DNA of 62,948 nt, the filler included, from Asterionella formosa (Eukaryota), in assembly GCA_002256025.1 (NCBI GenBank). It is 11 parts of 11 records of this genome, joined end to end, with 100 filler letters (N's around TTAATTAATTAA, not from the genome) between each part and the next. Parts side by side here need not be neighbours in the genome. Positions count along the whole stretch, not along the records: positions 48,876 to 50,351 come from NKIB01002277.1; positions 50,452 to 51,927 come from NKIB01002278.1; positions 52,028 to 53,502 come from NKIB01002279.1; positions 53,603 to 55,077 come from NKIB01002280.1; positions 55,178 to 56,652 come from NKIB01002281.1; positions 56,753 to 58,227 come from NKIB01002282.1; positions 58,328 to 59,801 come from NKIB01002283.1; positions 59,902 to 61,375 come from NKIB01002284.1; 3 more parts are not named here. The stretch is one strand, 5' to 3'. A program made the translations under genes and the position numbers. The notes under the pieces were generated by a model that searched no databases, was not told the DNA's origin, and was given only the letters and a program-made list of their open reading frames with translations. This document shows positions 48,876 through 60,822 of this stretch, piece by piece (position 1 is the stretch's first letter; the number at the start of each line of letters is the position of its first letter).

Positions 48876-50351
48876 CTGATGATACCAATAAATAATAGGA
48901 TTCGATAGTGATGTAGGAATAACAATACGTCAAGTATCTCCTGGATTCTTCACAAAATACATTAAATGTATATGATGAAAATTGATAGAGGGAAATTTTA
49001 ACAGATGTGTTTGGTTTGTTGATTGAGAATGAGATGAGTTGTTTGATTGAGAATCAATTGTATATCCAGCAATTGTCTATCATGTATGGAGTAATATTCC
49101 AGAGGATATTGAATATTGTCTGCCAAAATTGGATGATTGAGGGAACAGGTAAACAAAGAATCATCATCTACTTCAATTGAGAAAGTAGATATGGATGTTG
49201 ATGTCGAAAATTTCGGTCCAATATCATCCCCCACCAAAGACTCAAGCCTCGGGAGGCGAGAGATAGAATCTGTAATATTTCACATTATCAGTACCCTTCA
49301 TATTGTGAAAAGTGAGAAGATATTCTTCAATATAAATCCTCCACCGGAGAACACGCTGAGTTTCTGTGTAGGGTATTAAAGATAAAAATATGATGTTCAG
49401 TGTGAACATGCAGAACCGCATTCAATGACATAGAGCGAAATTCTTTGAAAGTTTCTTAATTGACAATCAGAAACCTTAGTAAAAAATATGGAAAGGAAAA
49501 TTACGATCAGGATAACTCATGAGTGTATCTGCAACTAACAATGCTTTCATTGATGCACAAGTTTGTTGATGTATGCATAGGTAACCAAACAAATGGTCTA
49601 GTTCCATTTCAATCCTGTTTTAAGATTTGAAGACCAAAATTTGAAGTCGGTTGGAGTTTATCGATATCCCAATGAGTCAGTTTCTTTAACAGACCATTTC
49701 ATATAGAATGGTGCTGGAGGACTTCAGCCATAACAGCATATTTCCGTATCTGTATAGTTAGGAGCTTGAATGTTCCATGTGTAAACATAATCCTTGATAG
49801 GTGTATCAAAATATATCAAACCATTGTGCAAATGTTCTGTACGTATCATTATAGGAATGCATGACATGCAGAAAAACACTGATATATCCACCATACAGAC
49901 AGGACATGGTATTTGTAAATTATCCGTCATAAAATAATCAGCTGGACAAATGAGCAAACTCGCAGAAGGTACTACGACCAGGTACTTCTGTTGCAAGATA
50001 CAAGCTGACGGATTAAATTTTGAGAGCATCATGCTGAGTACTGGCAAAGGAAGAAAAAGGTGGGATCATACCTGCTATGCATGGTATATATTAATTATAA
50101 ATGTTCGATTTACAACGAAATGTCCTGAAGTGCAATCCATTCATAAGTTAAAGATCAGGACCCACCGCGATCAAATAATATTCATCTTATGTCATGCATA
50201 TACAACGCAGCCACCAATGCTTGGGTTGCTTATGACATGAGAATGAAATGCAATTAAGCTTTGCATTTTAAAATATCCCGTGTTAAAATAGCGGTGATAT
50301 CCAACCTGTAATTATCCTGTAAATAACAAAAGTTATTCAGGTAATGATTGA
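48876..50351 (-). mobile_element. Highly degenerate Ty3/Gypsy pol fragment
   Basis: Minus-strand remnants KWSVKETDSLGYR*TPTDFK (~49640-49700), MKALLVADTLMSYPDRNFPFHIF..SDCQL (~49460-49550) and CSLNHP...YPLEY..I...Q resemble Gypsy RT-RNase H connection motifs. Confidence 0.65.
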
Positions 50352-50451
50352 NNNNNNNNNNNNNNNNNNNNNNNNNNNNNNNNNNNNNNNNNNNNTTAAT
50401 TAATTAANNNNNNNNNNNNNNNNNNNNNNNNNNNNNNNNNNNNNNNNNNNN

Positions 50452-51927
50452 GTCCCGCCACCCGTTGGTGGAGGTTCAGGTCCTCTGCCACCTGGTGACA
50501 TGTTGTAGTGAACTTCTTGGCCATACCATCCAACCTTTCCTGGTGGTAACTGGTGGGGTTTTCGAGTGAATGTGAACACTCGATTACATCCTCCAGGTCC
50601 TCCTCCAGCGAGTCAGCTAGTGGCTGCCAATAATTACTATTAGCCACGGTTACTTTGAGTTCCTTCTCCTCCATCACAATCCGCCGGTACAGTGATTCCG
50701 GCCGTGGTGGGGCAATCCCCATCTCTGGGATTCTGGTAAGCCCAGGTAGGTCCGCAACAACTGGGAAGTGGTCCGAAATATCCCATGTGTCGAGGACCCT
50801 GGCAGGGGGGACAGCCGCCACTGTGTCACCACAATATGTGATGAAATCAATGGCAGGTGTTGGCTGTCCCTCCCGCCGGCTTTGGCGAGTGGAGGCCCCC
50901 CCTCGGATGGGTAACACCCGAAAGGGAAGCCGCCACGGTCCCATCAGAATCTGCAACTCCGTCATCTTCATGTTGAAGTCTCCCATCATCACAATGGGAT
51001 CTTCTGGAAACTCCCGATGTAGAGCGTCCAAGGCTCGGGGCAGGGCCCTGAGCACTCGGATGCGATCCGCTCTGCATGGGACATAGATTGTTCCCACAAG
51101 AATAGGCCTCAAGAGCGTGGCCCCATAGACTCTCGCAAAAGTCCAAAATGGTGTGGCCTTACCAACTGGGGTACAGTTGAATTTGGTCGACACCAGTATT
51201 GCCACACCTCGCTGCGACGCTGTCAGGTCCCCCATTGCTGTGAGGCAATGGTAACCTGGCAAACGAAGCTGCCAATCCGTTGATCGGAGCAGCGTCTCCT
51301 GCACCGCCATAACATCACACCGGGTTTGTTGCAACAGAAACCGAAGATCGGTTTTTTTCCGCTGCAGCCCGTTGATGTTAAGGGTGCCCACCACCAGTGG
51401 TGCCCCACAGCCATCTGGTGGTATCATGGGCGTTGGGGATCCGGGTGGGTTTATCTGAGCAACTGCGGCCGCAGGTGCCAAGCTTGGTCCCACCCTCTCC
51501 AAATACGGTATGTGGTGGCGGAAATACCACCCATACCGCGCCTTTCCAGGTTCCATCTTCCCCAAGAATGTAGCAACATAGGCGCTTGTTACCCAAATGT
51601 CGAATCTGATGCGTGCCTTGCATTCCTGCCAGACCCGAACCACTTTCGTCACATGGTCAACAATCGTCGATGCACGACAGAGGTAAGAGAGGCGTTCCCA
51701 GAATATATTGAGACTGCCCTCTTCCCCCCAAACACACAACTGGACTTGGTCATTTCGGACTGCATCCTGTCGTATGAGCCGCGCCGGGAGTCGTGTTGGG
51801 AACTCCCCATGTGGTCCCCTGTTCTCCCCTACTCTCTGGTCACCACCCTGTGGTCTCCCCATGCTTCCTTCTCCTCCTGGTTCCTTTTCCTCCTCTCCTT
51901 GTGTCCCCCCTTGGAAAGGGCCCACAA
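50452..51927 (-). mobile_element. Non-LTR retrotransposon ORF fragment with APE endonuclease domain
   Basis: Open across the entire contig. Motifs GTLNINGL, VMAVQET, GVAILV, GTIYVP, MGDFN, IDFI, SDHFPV. RT domain not reached. Confidence 0.85.
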
Positions 51928-52027
51928 NNNNNNNNNNNNNNNNNNNNNNNNNNNNNNNNNNNNNNNNNNNNTTAATTAATTAANNNNNNNNNNNNNNNNN
52001 NNNNNNNNNNNNNNNNNNNNNNNNNNN

Positions 52028-52643
52028 TTGCGTGATATAATAATATATACCCTGTAGCACGATGCAGAATACAGTTGCTTCCCAATCATCTCATCATGAT
52101 TGATAAGATGATACTGTGATATCATGATAAGGTTACATCGATGCATACATCACCGAAGTATGATACGTAATATTGAATAAAGTACATCACATAGCTATGA
52201 TACATTGATCCTAAAATTATGATGATTTTATAAAATATATATGATATAATTTTGATCAAAATATGATCATGTAAAAATAGAACAATGACAATAAAATACG
52301 ATAAAATATGTACGCAAGTGTTATCGATACATCACAGAATATAAATCAAGCAATCATAAAGTATGTTAATTAATATATATGTTTGTCGTTTAATATATAC
52401 AGTTAAAGTCAACAGTTAATATGATAGTATTATACAGTGGATAGGATCTAAGTATTATAATATGATTTGTGATATGGATTGATGCATATCACATACCGGT
52501 ATCCTCAACAACCAGCCATCACATTCATTGTCGTGTCGTCTTTCCTTGTTTTAGCTATACCGGTATATATGCTCAGATCCGTTCCATTGCAAATCTTCCT
52601 TCAATAGGTCAAACTCATCATCCTTGAGCATTTGCCTTCCAGT
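52028..52643. repeat. Segment duplicated (inverted) at 55178-55811
   Basis: Reverse-complement match including the AT-rich block TGCGTGATAT...ATATCACA and the PGRL1 fragment end. Scattered substitutions and several indels. Confidence 0.95.
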
Positions 52644-52903
52644 GGCATCGTAGGACTGAAGCGCATCCAGAAAGATACGCTCCTTTTCGGCTACTGTGAG
52701 ACGAATGAGTTCCCCACTTTCCGGATCGACGACACAGTATTCCTCGTCAGGAATGCATTCTTCTTCCTGCAAGTTATTCTCAAAGAATCGTCTTGACTTG
52801 GCGTCGTAAGCGATTTCTCTCGTTCCGCTCGTAATGGTGATCTTTTCGTCGCTTCCTTCTTCGGCCATTAAAAGTGGACCAGCAACGGCCACACGACCAG
52901 CTG
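52572..52903 (-). pseudogene. PGRL1: PGRL1 (PGR5-like protein 1) gene fragment
   Basis: EYCVVD...LTVAEKERIFLDALQSY...MLKDDEFDLLKEDLQWNGS resembles the conserved PGRL1 block (E.EFL.ALQS(F)Y..G..IMS.EEFD.LKEEL.W.GS). Lacks a start and signal peptide, and ends abruptly in a TA run. Confidence 0.8.
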
Positions 52904-53410
52904 TTGTCGTTGTCTTCCTTAAAGTTCGATGATCTTAAATTCATTTACCGGTACTGTCCCGCTGTAGTAGCAGCAGTCATAGACATATGTATTTGGTGTT
53001 CTATTTATACAATCCTAAAACTATGATGATTTACTATGGTGTTCTATTGCTTGCTTATTACTCCGACTACCGGTACCTCTTTTCAGTTTCACGATCATAC
53101 AATCCTAAAACTATGATGATTTACTGTCCAACTGTAATTGGAACAGTCATGAACATATGGTTTTCTATTTGTTTCTAGTTTTACGATCATACGATCCTAA
53201 AACTATGATGATTTACTGTCCCAATGTAATTACAACAGTCATGTTTTTTGGTGTTTTTTACGATCGTACGATCCTAAAAATATGATGATTTACTGTCCCA
53301 CTGCAGTAGCAACAGTCCTGAACATATGGTGTTCTGTTGCTAGTTTACTACTCCGACTACCCCCAGTATATCACTTACTACCTGCTACTGGTACTCTGTA
53401 TATATATATG
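52904..53410. repeat. Deleted derivative of the 18.1-18.85 kb element end (degenerate 115-bp units + shared terminus)
   Basis: 52904-52938 matches 18131-18165. Repeated atcctaaaactatgatgatttactgt units. Shared end ccccagtatatcactt.ctacctgctactggtactctgtatatatatatg. Confidence 0.92.
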
Positions 53411-53719
53411 ATATATTGTTATTGTCATACCGGTATGATGTACCGGTACACATGAAGAGCTCCCGACAAAAAAAGGGGCTTAAACAATTTGCTACCAAAA
53501 CCNNNNNNNNNNNNNNNNNNNNNNNNNNNNNNNNNNNNNNNNNNNNTTAATTAATTAANNNNNNNNNNNNNNNNNNNNNNNNNNNNNNNNNNNNNNNNNN
53601 NNTTCACAAATATTTCAAGGGGAAATACAAATAATGACCAACACAAGCAATGCAACAAAGAATGGTCAGTCGAATGTTCATATAATCACTGGAAAGGAAA
53701 AACTTTTTCCAGATATCTC

Positions 53720-54940
53720 CTAATGCATGATCATTATGACCAACACACCAATGCAACAAAGAATGGTCCACCCAATGTTCACATTATCACTGGACAGGAA
53801 AATGTTGTTCAAGGTAGATCCTGAGGCATGAGGATTATCTTCATTATTCAAATCCTGGTAATTTGGGATGTTGGGTGGGAATGATTTGATGAACATGGTT
53901 TTGACTATGTCCTTCATTTCAATTATAAAATGAAATGCCATTGCATTCACAATAATGTTAATCTTATCTTTCTGGATGAAAAGATAGAATACATTGATCA
54001 GGCTCAAAAGAGGCTCATACGCATAGGACATGATTCGGTCAAAGAGCACAGTGTTCTGAAGTTTCCCACCTTGAGCAGTTTTAGTTAGTGGACTCCCTTT
54101 TAACTCTCTGTGTCTTTGCATTCCCAGCAAAGCCAGGTTGACAAAGTAAATGAAAGCAACAAAACAAGCAAGTGTTTTCTGGTCATTGCTTATTCCAGTT
54201 GAAATTTTATAACATGTCAAAGCATTTTGAAGCAACACAACAAAAAGATACCACTGAATGATGAAAATAGAAAGCAGCACAAATTTGCCAAAAGGTAAAA
54301 AAGAAGGGAAAAAACCCGTTTCCTCGGGAATGACTGTATGACGAAAAAATAAGGTAATCAGGCCAATATCCTGATGATTAGCAATGTAATCTTTCCATTT
54401 GTCAGTTCTGGAAGTCTCTTCCAGCTTATTTTTTTCATTTTCTGAAGCCAAGGACAGGCTTTCAACCGTTCCTTCCAGAGATACCAGTTTGCATTTGCTG
54501 ATTTCCTCTTCTTTTTTTTCCGTTTCAGCGTTCATCTTTTTTTTAATATAGGCATCATGTAGAAGCTGTTGGACATGAGAGATTGCTCCTTTATCATCAT
54601 TCAGTTCCTTTGCATCGTCATCGTCATCGTGATTACATTCATAGAAAGCTCCACCCATCGCTTTAACGCAATTGAATATCTCTGTAGCATCTTTTGAAAA
54701 TTCTTCTAGTTTGTTGTTGTAAGTTGTATCAGGTTTCAACTTTTCGAGATCATGATCAATCAGAGAGTCAAGGAAATATTTCCAGTATCTCTTAGAGTCT
54801 CGGATGGGTTTAGATTCACTTTCTGAATCTGTTTTTGAAACTTTCGTAAAAACTTCAATAGGTTTAGCCTTTTCAGAATGATCTTCAATGAAGGAGGTTG
54901 TACTTTTACCCGGCAGCGCAATCTTTTGCCACGTATCCAT
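53720..54940 (-). CDS. Hypothetical multi-pass membrane protein
   Basis: 406-aa ATG ORF with a charged N-terminal half and 4-5 hydrophobic segments, including IIVNAMAFHFIIEMKD. Confidence 0.7.
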   Translation of the reverse strand: MDTWQKIALPGKSTTSFIEDHSEKAKPIEVFTKVSKTDSESESKPIRDSKRYWKYFLDSLIDHDLEKLKPDTTYNNKLEEFSKDATEIFNCVKAMGGAFYECNHDDDDDAKELNDDKGAISHVQQLLHDAYIKKKMNAETEKKEEEISKCKLVSLEGTVESLSLASENEKNKLEETSRTDKWKDYIANHQDIGLITLFFRHTVIPEETGFFPSFLPFGKFVLLSIFIIQWYLFVVLLQNALTCYKISTGISNDQKTLACFVAFIYFVNLALLGMQRHRELKGSPLTKTAQGGKLQNTVLFDRIMSYAYEPLLSLINVFYLFIQKDKINIIVNAMAFHFIIEMKDIVKTMFIKSFPPNIPNYQDLNNEDNPHASGSTLNNIFLSSDNVNIGWTILCCIGVLVIMIMH

Positions 54941-55177
54941 GGTTCGATTGTTGGAATAGAATGTGAAGTGAGCAAGAAGAGTAAGAGATGCAAATTAATG
55001 AAGATGATCAAGATCCTTCCACCAGTGCGCAAAAAACCTGAGTCGTCGATGTATATAGAAATTGTTTAGGCCGTTGCNNNNNNNNNNNNNNNNNNNNNNN
55101 NNNNNNNNNNNNNNNNNNNNNTTAATTAATTAANNNNNNNNNNNNNNNNNNNNNNNNNNNNNNNNNNNNNNNNNNNN

Positions 55178-55811
55178 ACTGGAAGGCAAATGCTCAAGGA
55201 TGACGAGTTTGACCTATTGAAGGAAGATTTGCAATGGAACGGATCTGAGCATATATATAGCTAAAACAAGGAAAGACGACACGACAATGAACGTGATGGC
55301 TGGTTATTGAGGATAGTACCGGTATGTGATATGCATCAATCCAAATCACAAATCATATTATAGTGATGTACATATCAACGCATCCGTATACTTAGATCCT
55401 ATCCACTGTTTAATACTATCATATTAACTGTTGACTTTAACATATATTAAACGACAAACATATATATTAATTAACATACTTTATGATTGCTTGATTTATA
55501 TTCTGTGATGTATCAATAACACTTGCGTACATATTTTATCGTATTTTATTGTCATTGTACTATTTTTTACATGATCATATTTTGATCAAAATAATATCAT
55601 AAAATTTTTATAAAATCATCATAGTTTTATGATCAATGTATCATAGCTATGTGATGTACTTTATTCAATATTACGTATCATACTTTGGTGATGTATGTAT
55701 CGATGTAACCTTATCATGATATCACAGTATCATCTTATTAATCATGATGAGATGATTGGAAAGCAACTGTATTCTGCATCGTGCTACAGGGTATATTATT
55801 ATATCACGCAA
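55178..55811. repeat. Second copy of 52028-52643, including the PGRL1 fragment end (55178-55249, + strand)
   Basis: Direct sequence comparison. Confidence 0.95.
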
Positions 55812-56752
55812 TTTCGTAGCGAAGTCACTCCGCCTGTAATGTACTAAAGTCGACAGTGCACATACCGGGTACTGGTACTCAAACGCTAATCAGGTTTGAG
55901 GCAACGGACAGTGGTTCGAACGAGCGAATGATGATATGATACCAATTTTTCCAACAAAAGAACTTGTCTCTCTATTGATGAGGATGACACGGACACGGAC
56001 ACCGACTTTTCCAGGAGCAAACAACAATGAAGAGACCCACTTGTCGCTCTATTGATGGTAACAAAGATGCGGACAAGTTCAACAGTGAATACAAGAACAA
56101 CATACCATTGAAAACAAGTCGACAGTGTGTGCAAACACACGCCAAGCAAGTTTGAGTCAACGGACAATTCTACAATTCTAACAAGCAAATGACGATACAG
56201 ATATCAAATTCTTCCTACGAGCAAACAACAATGAAAAGAGCCACTTGCTTTCGCTCTCTTGATGGTATCAAAGATGCGGACAAGTTCAATAGTTAATTCA
56301 AGTACAGTATACCAAATGCAGAAACGAGCGAGCGATATGAAAATGAAATGCGTTCTAATCAGAATCATTCTATAACTATAGCTATGTGGACAGTAGTCTG
56401 TTACGCACATTTTCGTATCTCCTTCTATGCTGAATCGAAATAGTAGATGTAGTATCATGTGAGAATTGAAAATTTCAACGAGAACAAGTACCGATAGAAT
56501 GTGTTTGTTTACGGGTTGATTGGCGAGATTGTCATGATGAAGTGGACGAAACGGATATACTTTGTGCGCAAAATCGGAAGTTGGTAGGGTTTATAATGTC
56601 GTTTATTTCTCCGTTCTGAATGATTGGACCATTAATAGCAGCAGCATCATGANNNNNNNNNNNNNNNNNNNNNNNNNNNNNNNNNNNNNNNNNNNNTTAA
56701 TTAATTAANNNNNNNNNNNNNNNNNNNNNNNNNNNNNNNNNNNNNNNNNNNN

Positions 56753-58227
56753 GCTATGATCTCCTTCTTCTTCCATGACACAACGGAAGATGGGCTGCCA
56801 CCAATTTGGAAATGCAAGAAATGCCTTCAGTATAAGAAGAAGAGTGGTGGTTGGACAAATCTCCTCAATCACCTGAAAGCGTGCGTTGGACCGAAATATC
56901 AAGAAGAATATGTACAGGTTGTGAAGGACAATGTCTTTGCAGCATTCAAACCTACAGTCAGTAAGAGGGAGGCAGACATGTTTGGCTGGATTGAATGGGT
57001 TGTCATGAGAAACATGCCGCTTGCTGAGGTTGATGATGAGATAACTCGAACTGGAATGCGTTATGGTCCCATCACATCCAAACTACTACGAAAAATGCTC
57101 TTTTTGCTTCAAGCTGAAGTCAATTGTCAAATCAAGGAGAAACTGCCTGATCAAATTGTCATTGTATTTGATGGATGGACTGAGGGGTCTGATCACTACA
57201 TTGCTGTTCATGCTTCTTACATTGATCCCATTTCAAATGTTGCTGTGGAGACACTGCTTTCCATTCGACCCCTTCTTTGTGATGGAGTATTGGGAATGAC
57301 TGCAGCAGATCATGTGCATCACATTTCAAAAACTTTGTCATTATATGGGAAGACAAATGAAAATATTGTATGCTTAGCAGGTGACAACTGCAGTGTAAAC
57401 CAGAGAATGGCAAAACTTCTTGGTGTGCCATTATTGGGTTGCGGGTCTCATAAATTCAACTTGGCAGTTAAAAGTTGGATGGCAGACAAACCAACTCTTA
57501 TCAAAATTGTTGCAAGGCTTAGCATCCTCATGAAGAAGGCAAGCACCCTCAAAAACACAGCCGCTTTAAGGCAGTATACTTGCCTTGAGGCAGTGACTGA
57601 AAATGCAACCAGGTGGTCTTCCCAATACATGATGATTGCTCGCTTTTTCCAGATTAAGTCTCATTTAGAGCAGGTTGAGTCATTGGCACCCAGCATGCTC
57701 TCATTTGTTGAGGTTCGGGAGCTGCAAGCCTCATTCACACACATGAAGAAGTTTAATGAGGTGACACTGGCTCTACAGAAGCAGGGCATTACATGTTTAA
57801 ATGTCCGAGATATCTTTGATCATGTACTAGAAGACTACCCTGAATTCCAAAAGCACCTGGGAGTTGATGCTAACATTGTGCAGGACAAGGTATTTGAGAT
57901 AGCCACCACAAAGATTATGAAAGGGGAACCATTGAATGACATTGAGAGTCGGGCTGTGATAAGACTCAGGAAGAAGACAAATGCTGGTCTCCCCCATTCA
58001 CTGCTAGAAGACGATAATGATTCTCCCACTAGTGCTGAAAGTGGTGAGGAAATGGTGTCCCAGATCAATTATGCTGACACAATTCAGCAGAGAATCAAGC
58101 GACGCAAGAGTGCTCTTGGGTCTGTCTATGATGATTACATTTGTCTTGACCTTCTTGTGGGAACAAGTGTCAGCTGTGAGAGACTCTTCTCTATTGCTAA
58201 ACATATTTTAACATGTGTCAGAAAGTC
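56753..58227 (+). mobile_element. hAT-superfamily transposase with BED zinc finger (contig-bounded)
   Basis: Open across the contig: WKCKKC...WTNLLNHLKAC, FDGWT, GDNCSVN, CGSHKFNL (CxxH), TRWSS, TSVSCERLFS. Confidence 0.93.
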
Positions 58228-58327
58228 NNNNNNNNNNNNNNNNNNNNNNNNNNNNNNNNNNNNNNNNNNNNTTAATTAATTAANNNNNNNNNNNNNNNNN
58301 NNNNNNNNNNNNNNNNNNNNNNNNNNN

Positions 58328-58451
58328 CTTGTGCCATTTTTTTAACGACAAAAGGAGGCAGTGAATGTCGCGTGATGGTGGGAGATACAAAGGCTTGACT
58401 GCCCCATGAGGCGGAGAGAGCCATTAAAAGAATTGCCGTCAATCGGAACAT
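58328..58451 (-). CDS. 5' end of a plastid-targeted protein (bipartite presequence only)
   Basis: MFRLTAILLMALSASWGSQA-FVSPTITRHS: signal peptide, AF cleavage motif, Ser/Thr/Arg-rich transit peptide. Cut off by the contig end. Confidence 0.7.
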
Positions 58452-59901
58452 GTTTCGAAAACTAATATCAAGTAGCAACGAGAGTGCGAGCCGAGATGAT
58501 CTAATGCAATATATGACGCATATCACCTCCAAGGTCAGAAGCAATAATATAGCTAATCATGCATCTCGGAGTGAATGAATCAGCCGTCATAATGTGTCGT
58601 CCTCATTTTATTGAAGGCGACACCTGAATCAAGATTTTTAGTCAAAGAGGTCAACGGAAGTGCCGGTGGCACGACTACGTACCTTGTACCTGTGCGTGAT
58701 ATGCATGTACATCACACCAGGTACAGTATGTAGCTATTTAACTAGGTGGTACTACTATCGGTAGTCCTACCAGTAGTCGTACATATTCAACAACTCGCAA
58801 ACGCGTTTGTACCGGTAGCTGCCTCCTATACATTCGTGCCGGCAGACTCGCTTTGTTGCATGCACCACATCCAAATGGAGTTTGTCTGGTCCAGTACCTG
58901 GTACCTGGTACCAGGTACCAGGGTATTCTACCAGGAGCTATGTACAGGTACGGTACCAGGTAATGGATTGCCAGTATACGGTCGTTAGTTAGTATGTTCT
59001 TTTATTTTTACTTCGACAAACAACGCATGTACCGGTATACTACTACCGGGTATTATTCAGATCCGGGTGCTGTCGGTACATGCCCTCTGAAGTTGTGGGC
59101 AAAAACAGGTTGTTGGCTGAAAAGACAACACATGCGACAGCGATTTGCAGCTTCTTATGTACCGAGCAGGTTATTTCTTAAGGACGGATTACGTAGAAAA
59201 CTTATTATTGTGGATGGATATTATTTTTTTCGGATATGCTCCCGATCTTTTCCATTTCTCCGTTTATGAATACTGGCACCGGGACTCTGCAGCCATATTT
59301 CCCGGTTCATCAGGTCTGAAAACTATCATTGTTATTTACCTACTAATTACAGTAGACTACATACAAGTAGAATAAAGAAAAGGTTCTTACTATGAGCAAA
59401 ACACAGCTAAATATCTTTTTTCCGCAATTTGCTCTCTGCCTCTGATGGTCACAGGAGTGTCTCTTTGACGTGCAAAACACAGATGACTACGGTATAACTG
59501 AAATGATGTGCAAAACACAAACACAGAAGACTTTAACTGATGGTACACCAAAATGTTGCAGATTATATACCGGTACCATTGGTGGGATGCGTCATATTAG
59601 CTTACACCTTTTGTTGCCAAATCGAACTTACTGCGCTGCAGCATCAAGGCCACACCGCAACAAGGAGAATCGTGCCGCGGGATGACAAGACTATCGTTTG
59701 GTGTAGGCGATCGCGGGTACTCTGATTTTACACAATTGGTCCACAATGACGAGCTCCTTAGAGACGATTCCGACAATTCAACGCTTTGCGAATTGAGACC
59801 ANNNNNNNNNNNNNNNNNNNNNNNNNNNNNNNNNNNNNNNNNNNNTTAATTAATTAANNNNNNNNNNNNNNNNNNNNNNNNNNNNNNNNNNNNNNNNNNN
59901 N

Positions 59902-60688
59902 GAAGTTGAATGGTGATAGGGTTGGTGGTAGGTCGTTTGTTGATGACAGGTAAATCAACAGTGGCGTAATTGCCAGAACTACCAGAATCAGCAATGAGTG
60001 TGACGGGGGGACAAGTGATGGGAGATAAGTTTGTGTTAATAGTATTATCGACAGCAACTTGCTCCCCTCCACATCAAGCAAGTGGTGAAGGTGGCGGTGA
60101 AACACGGGGTGGCCGGGTAGGACGGGGACCATCACTGAAAAGACGGACGCTGCCACCGAGACGTCGATCAAGGGTGGCATTGAGTTGATGGCCAGAAGCT
60201 GGATGCTTGCAAGTTGCACTGGTATGGTCAGGGTTTTTGGTAAGACCATGAGTCCAACAATAGCCTAATTGGACATTGTTGTAAGTGTATCCAGAAGGGA
60301 CAGCACGAGCAGCGGCAGCAATAGCTGGCAATGGGGGAGGGCCACTGGTTTGAATGGCAGCATGGGCACCATGATAACCGGCAGTGGTGGCGGTGGCAAG
60401 GCGCAATCGTTCCTTATCAGCATGCAAGAAATGTGGGCAAAAATTAACCCATGTACGGTCCAGCTCAGCGCGATCACGCCAAGTTTGAATGCTATGAGAA
60501 TATACACCAGCCTTTTCTAAAGCAGAAAGAGTCAATCGCATGACAGTACTGTCAGAGAAAGGTTCCCCACCAGCATCAGCAATGGCACGAAGATGTTTGA
60601 TGCGGATCCATAAATGCTCAATAGGTTCCTCTGGTGTCCAAGCATCGGCCAAGCGCATGCGATTGAGTTCCAAATCATCTGCACTCAA
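59902..60688 (-). mobile_element. LTR retrotransposon gag-protease fragment (Copia-type)
   Basis: WTPEEPIEHLW; YCWTHG....HTSATC.....GH...AT.....GGS gag motif; followed by IADSGSSGNY (aspartic protease DSG). Confidence 0.8.
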
Positions 60689-60742
60689 TGTTCATCTAAG
60701 ACGCCGTTTACGGCACTTTTTCGAATTTATGTGTAAAGTGAC

Positions 60743-60822
60743 GTATTTATGCTACTTTTTTAAAATATTATGTTACTTTTCTAAAATATTATGTTACTTT
60801 TTTGAAATATTATGCTACTTTT
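60743..60822. repeat. Short tandem repeat, ~21-bp unit x4
   Basis: (aaaatattatgYtactttttt) repeated. Confidence 0.85.

Noticed and set aside
52029..52493. Solo LTR (starts TGCGTGATATA like the 11117 LTR start, ends ATATCACA)
   Set aside because: No matching target-site duplication in the copy with both flanks (55325-55810), and no similarity to the 11-kb LTR beyond 11 bp. Left as an unclassified repeat.
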